Notes: generated by a model from the letters alone, not told the origin. 13,958 bases of DNA from Promethearchaeota archaeon Loki_b31 (GCA_005222975.1 NJBI01000073.1:1-13958); one strand, 5' to 3'; shown: positions 1-8,812, numbered from the stretch's first letter. Translations and numbers: made by a program.

Positions 1-2
1 TA

Positions 3-293
3 TTAACAAATGTAGACTTCATTTTTAGCTTACCTAACGAAACAGAGGAAGATGTAGATCTCACAATTAAATTAATGAAGGATTTGTGTGATATGGGAGC
101 AAATATTCATTCGCATACTTTTATGCCTTTACCTCTTACAGTTTTTGCGAATGAGAAAGTGAAAAAGGTTGATGATAAGATTAGAAAAACAATTTCGGAA
201 CTAACTTCAAAAGGATTGGCTGATGGAAATTGGAAAAAACAAGAAACATTAGCAAAGAAAATATCTAAATATTTTAAAGCTAAAATGGACTGA
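3..293 (+). CDS. 3' end of B12-binding-domain radical SAM protein (TIGR04013/MJ1487-like), truncated by the window start
   Basis: The frame is open from base 3 (LTNVDFIFSLPNETEEDVDLTIKLM...), so the listed 75..293 ORF is only its tail. VDFIFxLPxETEED and IHSHTFMPLP match the C-terminal barrel motifs of this family. The CxxxCxxC motif lies outside the window. Confidence 0.75.
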   Translation, partial: LTNVDFIFSLPNETEEDVDLTIKLMKDLCDMGANIHSHTFMPLPLTVFANEKVKKVDDKIRKTISELTSKGLADGNWKKQETLAKKISKYFKAKMD

Positions 294-313
294 ACGAATT
301 GTTTTAATGAACA

Positions 314-2218
314 TTAAAGATCAAAGGCAAATTCAGTAACGCCTTCTTCAATCTTTTTTATTTTTAATGTATAGCCAGATGTATTAATAATATGGAGCAT
401 TGATTTATTTTCTAATAAAATTGAGCCGCCAAATGTTCTATAATTGAGTTCTTTAGCAATTTGTACTAGATAATTTAAAAAGAATTTAGTAATTCCTAAA
501 TTTCTCCAATCTCTATGAACAACAAACGCAATTTCTCCGAAGGAGGCTTGGAACGTTTTAAAGAATGCCCCTATCGCAATAATTTTATCTTTTCCTCTTA
601 CGTTAAATTCTCCTACTAATATCATATTTGTAGTATAATCGATATTAACTAAGGGTTGAATTTTCTTGTGACGAAAATCTTTCATGGGAGTAAAGAATCT
701 AAAATACCTATCTTCATCGTCTAACGAATAATGAAGTTCTTGGATCATTCTTTCGTCAGTTGGTTTTACTGGACGAATCTTGATGGTTTTTCCATTCCTT
801 AACTCCAATTTAGTTTCATATTTTTCGGGATAAATGCTTATTCTACCATCAATAGAAACTGGTAAGGTTTGATCAGAGTAGACATAACTCCATTTTTTTG
901 CGTGTTCTAATAGTTCTTCTCGAAAATCTGGATGAGCGATGTTTATCATTTCCAGAACTCTTTCTCGTATGCTTTTTCCATAAAGATAAGCCAACCCCCA
1001 CTCAGTTGCAATGTAATGTACATCCCCTCTAGTTATTACTACTCCCGTACCATGTTGAAGGAATGGAACGATTCGAGAGATTATAGTACCATCTTTCATT
1101 GTGGCCGTAGAAGGTAGAACCATAATTGGTTTTCCATTCTTAGATCGAGCAGCGCCCCTCACAAAATCAACTTGGCCCCCGATTCCACTATAAAATTGAT
1201 GTCCAATCGAATCCGAATTTACTTGTCCAGTTAAATCAACAGAAAGCGCCGCATTAATCGCAACTTGCTTCTTGTTCTGGCTAATTATAAACGGATCATT
1301 TGTATAATCGCACGGATGAAATTCTACCATTGGATTATCGTCCACAAAGTCGTATAATCGTCTTGTGCCCATAACAAAAGAACATATTATTTTATCCTTA
1401 TGTATCGTCTTTTTTTTACAGGTAACAACTCCACTTTCAACAAGATCTACTATACCATCTGAGAAGACTTCACTGTGTATTCCCAAATCTTTCTTATCTG
1501 CTAATTCGATAGTAACCGCATTTGGTATTTCACCAATGCCCATTTGGATGGTGGATTCATCTTCTATTAGGGATGCTACAAATTTTGCTATTTTAGTAGA
1601 AACAGCATCAGGTTCTCCGTAACTGAACTCAATAACATCGTGATTAGAAATAATAAACGCATCTATGTCGTCCATATGGATAAACGAGTCACCTAATGTG
1701 CGGGGCATATTGGGATTAATTTCTGCTACTACATATTCGGAACTTTCGGCTATAGGTTTAACAATATCCACATTAATACCGTAACTACAAAAGCCATATC
1801 TATCTGGTGGGCTTACTTGAATGAGTGCCGTATCTAAATGCATTTTACCTAGTTTAAATAACCAAGGAATTTCAGATAAAAGAATTGGAGTGTAATCCGC
1901 TTGACCATCTCTAATGTATTTGCGAAGTGATTTTCCTATAAAAAAAGCATTATGTCTAAATAAATCTTCTAGTCCACCAGCCGTTTCATAATAATCTAAA
2001 TCGCTTAAACTAAGAAAATGCAGGATTTCTACATCAGGAAGTTCTAAACCTAACTCAATTAGCTTCTTAGTTAAGTCTATAGGTTCTGCACAGCCTGAAT
2101 CTATAAATATCCGGTCTCCAGGTTTTATGAAATTTTTAATCGCTTTTGTAATTGATACTTTTTTTTTACTGTATTTATTTATTAAAAAGGATAAGTCTTC
2201 ATTACGATAGTTGGACAA
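314..2218 (-). CDS. Acetyl-CoA hydrolase/CoA-transferase (family I, 4-hydroxybutyrate CoA-transferase-like) fused to a C-terminal GNAT acetyltransferase domain
   Basis: 634 aa. Motifs QVSPPDRYGFCSYG, TIQMGIGEIPNAV, DLGIHSE (predicted catalytic Glu250) and SGIGGQVDFVRGA. The last ~170 aa (IRPVKPTDE, RYFRFF, EIAFVVHRDWRNLGI) resemble a Pat-type GNAT domain. TTG start with an upstream GGTGAT. Confidence 0.92.
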   Translation of the reverse strand: MSNYRNEDLSFLINKYSKKKVSITKAIKNFIKPGDRIFIDSGCAEPIDLTKKLIELGLELPDVEILHFLSLSDLDYYETAGGLEDLFRHNAFFIGKSLRKYIRDGQADYTPILLSEIPWLFKLGKMHLDTALIQVSPPDRYGFCSYGINVDIVKPIAESSEYVVAEINPNMPRTLGDSFIHMDDIDAFIISNHDVIEFSYGEPDAVSTKIAKFVASLIEDESTIQMGIGEIPNAVTIELADKKDLGIHSEVFSDGIVDLVESGVVTCKKKTIHKDKIICSFVMGTRRLYDFVDDNPMVEFHPCDYTNDPFIISQNKKQVAINAALSVDLTGQVNSDSIGHQFYSGIGGQVDFVRGAARSKNGKPIMVLPSTATMKDGTIISRIVPFLQHGTGVVITRGDVHYIATEWGLAYLYGKSIRERVLEMINIAHPDFREELLEHAKKWSYVYSDQTLPVSIDGRISIYPEKYETKLELRNGKTIKIRPVKPTDERMIQELHYSLDDEDRYFRFFTPMKDFRHKKIQPLVNIDYTTNMILVGEFNVRGKDKIIAIGAFFKTFQASFGEIAFVVHRDWRNLGITKFFLNYLVQIAKELNYRTFGGSILLENKSMLHIINTSGYTLKIKKIEEGVTEFAFDL

Positions 2219-2221
2219 ATA

Positions 2222-2227
2222 ATCACC
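2222..2227 (-). promoter_or_regulatory. Shine-Dalgarno-like site (GGTGAT) for the CoA-transferase-GNAT gene
   Basis: GGTGAT on the minus strand just upstream of the TTG at 2218. It fits the archaeal anti-SD consensus, but the spacing is short. Confidence 0.5.
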
Positions 2228-2371
2228 AATTAAATATTTAGCCTTACACTTATCGATAAGTATTAAACAATTTTAAATATAATCAAAACAAGCTTTCTAT
2301 CATCTAACGGATTTGGAATTGGTTAGAGAAATTAATTTTTTTCAATTTTTTGGTGTTTAATCATTACATTC

Positions 2372-3001
2372 TTAGTTCGTTGAAAAAAGTATCAAATTTA
2401 CAATACGGTTAATATACTTGCTTTTTTGGATTTTGCATATGCGAGCGGTCTTCATAAAATGAAAGGATTCTGCTAACGCATCAAGATATGAAATATTATA
2501 TAAAATCGAAACATTTTTGTTATTATGCATATACAATTTATCCAATTCAATCTGAATTTGCTTTTGGCTCAGTTTATCAGATTTCTTCCCTACTCTTCTT
2601 ATAACTTCTTGTACTGACTTATTAAAGTGTATGTCTCGAATACTTGTAATTAAAGAACTTAATACAATTGTATATAAAATTACTACATCAAAATCCGTAC
2701 CATGCATTGCTGTTAATTTGATTTGTATATCTTGATATATTTCTCTTATGTAATTATCATCAATTCCTTTAATTATTTTAAAAGGTTGAAAAAAGCTCAT
2801 GTAATTACCTTCTAAAAAAAATTGAATATTATCGTTAAAGAGATCCTTAAATCTTTTAACAATTAGACCAGAACTTTTTATTTTAATTGATATTTCAGGC
2901 GTTCTACCAATTATTGTATCGCTACCACTTAGATAAAACTGTTGTTTAATAAGATTATCTGTAACGTTATATAAGCGCTTTAAATTAGTATTTATAACCA
3001 A
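2372..3001 (-). CDS. Hypothetical protein (209 aa, predicted mostly helical)
   Basis: Long ORF in AT-rich DNA filling the gap between genes. No recognisable motif. The TTG start is uncertain (AGGTGG lies immediately upstream). Confidence 0.75.
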   Translation of the reverse strand: MVINTNLKRLYNVTDNLIKQQFYLSGSDTIIGRTPEISIKIKSSGLIVKRFKDLFNDNIQFFLEGNYMSFFQPFKIIKGIDDNYIREIYQDIQIKLTAMHGTDFDVVILYTIVLSSLITSIRDIHFNKSVQEVIRRVGKKSDKLSQKQIQIELDKLYMHNNKNVSILYNISYLDALAESFHFMKTARICKIQKSKYINRIVNLILFSTN

Positions 3002-3145
3002 ACCACCTAAATGAATATTACAAGCCTTGTTGAAATATTAGTAATAAAATTCTATTTTATTCTTTTCGGAATATTGGAATATTGTCAAACTTACAAATTC
3101 TAATAGAAAATATTAATTAGTTAGTGTTACATGAATATTATTAAC

Positions 3146-3157
3146 GATTTATTATAA
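3146..3157 (+). promoter_or_regulatory. Putative TATA box for the htpX-like gene
   Basis: GATTTATTATAA about 60 nt upstream of the ATG at 3218. The same 12-mer occurs at 8746-8757, about 55 nt upstream of the ATG at 8813. Confidence 0.4.
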
Positions 3158-3217
3158 AATAATAAATAAATTTATCCAAAATTAGTAAAGTAAAATTAAA
3201 ACTTTAAGTGAATCGAA

Positions 3218-4939
3218 ATGGGATTGAAATTAGCATCAACATTGGCAATTTTATTCTTATTTGGCCTCATCTATGCGGTTGTTTTTACTATAGGAGTCTG
3301 GTTTTTACCAAGTGGTCTTTTAGGTTTGTCTTTAATGATTGGTTTTACTGTTTTAATCATACTGTTTCAATATGGAATTTCCCCATTAATGATAAGATTA
3401 ATTTACAGAATCGATTGGATACCCTACGAAGATTTCACCTACCAATACCCACATTTAGCAGATGTAATAGATAAAGTTGTGGCAATTCGGGGGATTAAAA
3501 CACCTAGAATGGGAATAATTCACGATTTAAACCCCCAAGCCTTTACATTTGGTTATACAAAGAATAGCGCGAGAATTGTAATCACTGACGGAATAATACA
3601 TTATTTAGACGAAGGCGAACAAAGTGCAGTAGTTGCTCACGAATTAGGACACGTTGTACACAATGATTTCATTTTAATGACAGTAGTTTTTGCTATTCCT
3701 TTAATTTTATTGACGATAGCCCGATGGTCTTACTACACCGTTCGTTTTTCAGGTTTATTCAAAAGCTCTAAAGATGATGATGCGGGAAGTTATATTGTTT
3801 TGGCATTAATTGTCGTTGCAGTTGTATCTTATATTTCTTATTATATTGGATACTTAGTATCTTTATTCGTTAGTCGAATCCGAGAATATTTTGCGGATCA
3901 ACACGCTGCTGAATTGACTGAAAACCCAAACACATTATCCACGGCTTTAGTCAAAATAGCGTATGGATTGATAGCGGGCGGTACCGAAGCTGAAATTAAA
4001 GAAAGGCAAAAATCAAGCGTAAGAGGACTTCGAAGTTTGGGGATTTTTGATCCGAAGAAAGCGAGTCAGTTAGCTGCGCAAAGTATGGACAATAATGGTC
4101 GCGTTTCGAAGAGAGTAGTTCAAGCTGCCGCGGGTTGGGATCTTTTTAATCCTTGGGCAAAATATTTTCAAGTATTTAGCACCCATCCTTTACCTGCGAA
4201 AAGAATCCAACGATTAAATGGACAGTGTGCCACCTATGGAGTACCTGTTGAATACGATTTTTCCGAGGCAAGAATTATTAAAGAACAACAGGTAGGAAAA
4301 TCTATGGTCGGCGAATTCATTACCGATATTTTCATTAAACAGTTGCCAACGTTTATTTTTATAATATTAGTTGGAATGACGGCCATCTGGATCTTGGGAT
4401 TAATAGGTTTGATATCGATAGGAACCTTAACTACATTAAACAATTTGATTCTTCTATGGGCTATTGGATTTTTCATTATGGGTTTGGGAGTTATAGGACG
4501 AACTTCTTTCATGTACCGAAGCGGGTTTGAACCTAGTAACATAGTGGAATTAATTACCAACATAAAAGTATCGCCAATTCGTGCAGTTCCTGCAATTATC
4601 GAAGGGAAAATAATAGGAAAAGGAATTCCAGGTTATTACTTTGGAGAAGATCTATACTTCCAAGATAACACTGGCTTAATGTACATCGATTATCGATTCG
4701 GAATTAGGCTGGTAGACTTTTTTTGGGCTCTCTCGAAAGCTAACAGATTAGTAGGACAACGAGTAAGAATTAAAGGGTGGTATAGACGAGGTCCAGGTCC
4801 ATACTTTCAAGTCGACACGATTGAGACAGAATCAGGTAAACGGTATCGCAATTACTCGAAGCATATGACTTATATCTTAGCAGTGATATTCTTTGGTATT
4901 GGCGCCTTCCTTTTCTATCTCTGGTTTACCGCAATTTAA
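3218..4939 (+). CDS. htpX: HtpX-like membrane zinc metalloprotease (peptidase M48) with C-terminal TM + beta-rich extension
   Basis: 573 aa. N-terminal TM helices, PQAFTFG, HELGH (HExxH, aa 141-145), SRIREYFAD (third Zn ligand) and STHP..KRI. About 230 extra C-terminal aa with three more hydrophobic segments. Confidence 0.88.
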   Translation: MGLKLASTLAILFLFGLIYAVVFTIGVWFLPSGLLGLSLMIGFTVLIILFQYGISPLMIRLIYRIDWIPYEDFTYQYPHLADVIDKVVAIRGIKTPRMGIIHDLNPQAFTFGYTKNSARIVITDGIIHYLDEGEQSAVVAHELGHVVHNDFILMTVVFAIPLILLTIARWSYYTVRFSGLFKSSKDDDAGSYIVLALIVVAVVSYISYYIGYLVSLFVSRIREYFADQHAAELTENPNTLSTALVKIAYGLIAGGTEAEIKERQKSSVRGLRSLGIFDPKKASQLAAQSMDNNGRVSKRVVQAAAGWDLFNPWAKYFQVFSTHPLPAKRIQRLNGQCATYGVPVEYDFSEARIIKEQQVGKSMVGEFITDIFIKQLPTFIFIILVGMTAIWILGLIGLISIGTLTTLNNLILLWAIGFFIMGLGVIGRTSFMYRSGFEPSNIVELITNIKVSPIRAVPAIIEGKIIGKGIPGYYFGEDLYFQDNTGLMYIDYRFGIRLVDFFWALSKANRLVGQRVRIKGWYRRGPGPYFQVDTIETESGKRYRNYSKHMTYILAVIFFGIGAFLFYLWFTAI

Positions 4940-5048
4940 TAAAATTTAATAAAATCTATCAATTTTTTTTTATTCTTTTTCACATTAATGTTATTCAATA
5001 GTAAATTTATTTCGTTTTAAATATTCAAGATTTGTAATTTTACATAAG

Positions 5049-6335
5049 TTGATATTGAAAATGTTGGATACAGCTAATAAAAAAGTGGAACTAATGGCGC
5101 CTTTAAAAAACTTTAAGTCTTTAAACGCCGTTGTAAGTAAAGCTGATGCGGTCTATTTTGGCATAGAAGCTTTTAACATGAGAATGTTTAGCGATAATTT
5201 CAGATTAGAAGAGTTAAATATTATAGTGAAAAAATGCCATAACAATAATATTAAGGCTTATATGACTACTAACATAATAATATATGAAAACGAGTTCGAC
5301 CTCCTCAATGTTATTTTAGATAAAGCCGTAGAAGCAGAGATAGATGCCGTCATAATTCACGACATTGGGGCTATTGAAATCGTCAAAGAAAAAGGATTAC
5401 CCTTTCACATCTCAACTCAAGCTAATATTTCGAACTCTCGATCAGCAAAATTTTATGAAGATTTAGGAGCCCAAAGATTAATTCTTGCTAGAGAATTATC
5501 TCTGAAACAAATTAAAGAAATAAAAAGTAAAATAAAAAAGGTTAAAATTGAAACTTTTGTGCACGGTGCTCAATGTACTTCGGTATCCGGTCGATGTTAT
5601 TTCTCGGCCGAAACATGCGAGTCTCAAGAGTATTCTGCTAACAGAGGGAGGTGTGTTCAACCTTGCCGTAGAAGATGGCGTGTATACGACGATCAATCAA
5701 ACGAATTTCTCTATGACGGAGTTTTTTTCATCAACGCAAAAGATTTGTGTTTAATCGAGCATATCCCCGAATTAATAGAAGCTAAAATCGACGCTTTTAA
5801 AATAGAGGGTCGCATGAGAGACCCAATCTATATCGAAGAAACTACTTCTTGCTACAAAGAAGCAATTGACGCTTATTACGATAATTCATTTACCCAAGAG
5901 AAAGTCAAAGGATGGCTCACACGATTAAGCAAGGTGTATAACAGAGGTTTTTCAACGGGATTCTACTTTGAGCGCCCAAAAGGAAGCGAAATCCAACGAG
6001 AATTTGATGGAAATTTCTCGAATTATAAAAAAGTCGAAATTGGAAAAGTTCTTTCTTATTACTCGGAAAAAAAAGCGGCTAAAATACTATTAACTGCGGG
6101 TAAATTAAAATTGAAGGACGAGATTTTTATAATTGGAACTCATACCGATACGTATTTGCGTCAAATAATTAATTCACTGCAGATTAAACAAAAGAGTAAT
6201 CTAACTGAAACACCGTTAGTTAAATCGAAAACTCAACGACTTACTGTAGGTATTTTAGTTGATTCGCCTGTCAAAAAAAACGACAAAATCTTCAAACTTG
6301 AAAAAAAAATTGAATTGAATAATAGAATAAAATAA
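5049..6335 (+). CDS. Peptidase U32-family Fe-S hydroxylase (TrhP/RlhA-like type)
   Basis: ELMAP, ADAVYFG..FNMR, HISTQANISN, ILARELSL, KIEGRMR, and ETFVHGAQC-x6-C-x18-C-x3-C (C176/183/202/206). Has a beta-barrel-like C-terminal domain. The true start may be the ATG at 5061. Confidence 0.9.
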   Translation: MILKMLDTANKKVELMAPLKNFKSLNAVVSKADAVYFGIEAFNMRMFSDNFRLEELNIIVKKCHNNNIKAYMTTNIIIYENEFDLLNVILDKAVEAEIDAVIIHDIGAIEIVKEKGLPFHISTQANISNSRSAKFYEDLGAQRLILARELSLKQIKEIKSKIKKVKIETFVHGAQCTSVSGRCYFSAETCESQEYSANRGRCVQPCRRRWRVYDDQSNEFLYDGVFFINAKDLCLIEHIPELIEAKIDAFKIEGRMRDPIYIEETTSCYKEAIDAYYDNSFTQEKVKGWLTRLSKVYNRGFSTGFYFERPKGSEIQREFDGNFSNYKKVEIGKVLSYYSEKKAAKILLTAGKLKLKDEIFIIGTHTDTYLRQIINSLQIKQKSNLTETPLVKSKTQRLTVGILVDSPVKKNDKIFKLEKKIELNNRIK

Positions 6336-6390
6336 AAAAAAAAATAAGAGATTTCACGAAAGGTTTAATATAGTTTAATTTCGAGATTTA

Positions 6391-6825
6391 TTACAAATCT
6401 TCGGCTAAATCTTCGTAAGCCTCTAATGCGAGCTCAATAATCTCTTGAAAGGCCATTGCATCCTGAAGATTACCTTCAACGGTAATGTCCCCTGCCATAT
6501 ACGCTGACGTGGCATCAACTTCGCCGAACAACATGCCTGAGCCAACTTCTTTAGTGGCGGAAAAAGTAAACGATGGGTTATCAATGTTACCTTCGCCAAA
6601 TTCCAATGATCCTTCTTTCGCCTTCAACCAGAACTTTTTGTCTTCGTCTGTAATATTCATTTGGATGGTTATGTCCATATCTTCTAGTTCCTCTTTCAAG
6701 TCCTCGTTCTCTACAGCAATTTGCTTGAACATCTCAAAAACTTTTAACGAGTCCATAACATTCGAGGCAGCAGCTCCAGCCTCAAATTTACCTTTCATTT
6801 CTTTTAATAATGCTTCATCAACCAT
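6391..6825 (-). CDS. SCP2 sterol-carrier-like lipid-binding protein, acidic paralog A
   Basis: 144 aa with SCP2 signature FWL...GSLEFGEG..DNPSFTF...GEVDATSAYMAGDITVEGNL. 116/144 aa identical to 7119..7553. Confidence 0.9.
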   Translation of the reverse strand: MVDEALLKEMKGKFEAGAAASNVMDSLKVFEMFKQIAVENEDLKEELEDMDITIQMNITDEDKKFWLKAKEGSLEFGEGNIDNPSFTFSATKEVGSGMLFGEVDATSAYMAGDITVEGNLQDAMAFQEIIELALEAYEDLAEDL

Positions 6826-6909
6826 GATTTTTCAACCTTATTTTTTGATTTTGTATTTTATTTAAGATTTTGATAGATTAAACAAATACTATTATGTATA
6901 ACTTTTTAC

Positions 6910-6925
6910 TATATAAAAAGGTTTT
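6910..6925 (-). promoter_or_regulatory. BRE/TATA promoter of SCP2-A
   Basis: The minus strand reads AAAACC-TTTTTATATA about 85 nt upstream of the ATG. The same TATA at similar spacing precedes paralog B. Confidence 0.6.
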
Positions 6926-7118
6926 ATTTCTTTTACTAATTACACAGTGAAATCCATAATTACTATAGTTTAATAGTAAACAATTTTGCAATTTTTGTCG
7001 TATCTTTCTTACTTTTAATTAGTAAGAATTAAAGAAAAATTAAATTTATAAAAAAAACAACAGAGAACTAAAATAAAAAATAAAATAATTTTTAAAGTTG
7101 ATGGAAAATTAAGATAAC

Positions 7119-7553
7119 TTAAAGATCTTCAAACATGTCCTCAAGAGCTTCTAAAGCCAGTTCAATAATCTCTTGAAAAGCCATTGCATCTTGTAAATTA
7201 CCTTCAACAGTGATATCACCAGCCATATATGCACTGGTGGCATCAACTTCGCCAAACAGCATTCCTGCGCCAATTTCATTAGTGGCGGAAAAAGTAAACG
7301 ATGGGTTCTCAACGTCACCTTCGCCAAATTCCAACGTACCATCATGTGCCTTCAACCAGAACTTAGCATCCTTGTCGGTAATGTTCATCTGGATGGTAAT
7401 ATCCATATCTTCTAGTTCCTCTTTTAAGTCCTCGTTCTCTTCCGCTACTTGCTTGAAAAGTTCGTATACTTTAAGAGTATCTTTTGGGTCGGCAGCCGCA
7501 GCTCCCGCGTCGATTTTGTCCTTAATTTCTTTTAATAATGCTTGATCTACCAT
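7119..7553 (-). CDS. SCP2 sterol-carrier-like lipid-binding protein, acidic paralog B
   Basis: 144 aa, same signature as paralog A. GAGGT Shine-Dalgarno at 7563-7567. Confidence 0.9.
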   Translation of the reverse strand: MVDQALLKEIKDKIDAGAAAADPKDTLKVYELFKQVAEENEDLKEELEDMDITIQMNITDKDAKFWLKAHDGTLEFGEGDVENPSFTFSATNEIGAGMLFGEVDATSAYMAGDITVEGNLQDAMAFQEIIELALEALEDMFEDL

Positions 7554-7641
7554 TATTATTTAACCTCTTTTTAAATTTCAACCTATATTTTATTGACATT
7601 AATTAAATTAATTAATATAGTGATTTAAGATAATTCGTTTT

Positions 7642-7657
7642 TATATAAAAAGCTTTA
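7642..7657 (-). promoter_or_regulatory. BRE/TATA promoter of SCP2-B
   Basis: The minus strand reads TAAAGC-TTTTTATATA about 89 nt upstream of the ATG, mirroring the paralog A promoter. Confidence 0.6.
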
Positions 7658-7824
7658 ATCTTTTGCACCTATAAAAACCGTAAGGTTTTAATTAGGGTTT
7701 GGGAAGTCTGATACAAAAGATAATAATTTAATTTTAAGATATAAAGTATTCTTGTCTTTAACTTTGTATGGATATTAATAGCTAATGATGGAATTATAAT
7801 AAATTTTAATATGGATATGAATAA

Positions 7825-7931
7825 TGGCGCCCACACCGGGAATTTCATCGCGTATGGTTTTCACACGCGGAGTTGAACCCGGGTCGAAGGAGTGACAGTC
7901 CCTAATGCTAACCGTACTACACTATATGGGC
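7825..7931 (-). tRNA. tRNA-Asp(GTC) with a 30-nt intron in the T-loop (position 59/60); CCA encoded
   Basis: Cloverleaf: acceptor GCCCATA/TGTGGGC, D stem GTGT/GCAT, anticodon stem AGGGA/TCCTT with loop CT-GTC-AC (anticodon 7894-7896), T stem CCGGG/CCCGG, G73, then CCA. Removing 7842-7871 leaves the 7-nt T-loop TTCAACT. Confidence 0.95.
7842..7871 (-). other. tRNA intron with bulge-helix-bulge motif
   Basis: Central 4-bp helix TTCA/TGAA, 3-nt bulges ACT and ATT, inner hairpin CGCGTGTG-AAAAC-CATACGCG (after one C.A mismatch), outer helix = T stem. Boundaries set by the rule that cleavage follows the second bulge nucleotide. Confidence 0.88.
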
Positions 7932-8206
7932 TTTTTTAATAAAAAATTGTTTTGATATAACAATTGAAATAATTCCAAATATAAAAATTTTATTTTAAAA
8001 TTAAAACATTCGAGGTACTTAACCAAAAGGAATTAAAGGAGACGAATTTTCAACTTTAAATTTATTTCTTTAATCAATAGAATTTTAATATTAGACTATT
8101 GGTTTAGGCGTAATTTTTTGAAGAAAAACACATAAATAGGAGTTATATCTTTTTAATTATAGGTATAAGGATTTTTAGAAAAAAATTTTGTAGGATATAT
8201 AACTTT

Positions 8207-8653
8207 ATGGCAGGTCAAAACCCGATTAATTTAATATTGGAAGAGTTGGATAAAAACGGCAAGAAATTTGAATATATTTTGGATAAAATCCTTAAGGCGG
8301 GAGTATCCATCATGAATAATACTGAAGAACTCAAGGAGGAATTAATAGGTTTTGATGACATATACCAAACATGCATAATTGATGTGAATTTAAGCTATTG
8401 GCTCGAAGTTTCGCACGGTAAACTTCACTACGAGAAGGGGGTTAATCCTCAGGCGTTATTTAAAATGGTTTTTAGTAGGGATTTATTTATTAAGATTTTA
8501 AAGGACGAAATAGGCGGCGCGGATGCGTTTATGAAGGGAAAAATTAAAGTAGAAGGTTCTCTCTCTCAAGGTTTGAGATATATTAAGCTTTTTCGAACAT
8601 TTTTTAAATATTTAATCAAAAAAAATGGATTAAATTATTTAACAAGTATTTAA
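8207..8653 (+). CDS. SCP2 sterol-carrier-like protein, paralog C (basic C-terminal helix)
   Basis: 148 aa. YWLEVSHGKLHYEKG and ADAFMKGKIKVEGSL form the SCP2 signature. NNTEELKEEL aligns with ENEDLKEEL of paralogs A/B. Confidence 0.85.
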   Translation: MAGQNPINLILEELDKNGKKFEYILDKILKAGVSIMNNTEELKEELIGFDDIYQTCIIDVNLSYWLEVSHGKLHYEKGVNPQALFKMVFSRDLFIKILKDEIGGADAFMKGKIKVEGSLSQGLRYIKLFRTFFKYLIKKNGLNYLTSI

Positions 8654-8812
8654 GCAGAAAAATTGGATTTAAATAATCGTAATATCCTTTTTATCATCGT
8701 TATATTATATAAAATTTTAAATAAGACATTCATATTTTGTTCGTAGATTTATTATAAGATTAAACGAATTTTATTAATTCTTAAGAACGAGGTATAAAGA
8801 CGTTATTTTGCT

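Noticed and set aside
75-293. 72-aa stand-alone ORF
   Set aside because: The frame is open back to the window start, so it is the tail of a larger radical SAM gene.
6391-7133. C-terminal AEDL/FEDL of SCP2-A/B as a KDEL-like or peroxisomal targeting signal
   Set aside because: It matches neither xDEL nor SKL/AKL, there is no signal peptide, and the overall acidic composition explains it.
6485-7545. Antisense ORFs 6485..6865 and 7210..7545, which resemble each other
   Set aside because: They are shadows of the duplicated SCP2 genes. Their similarity and Ser/Phe richness follow from the Glu/Asp/Lys codons on the coding strand.
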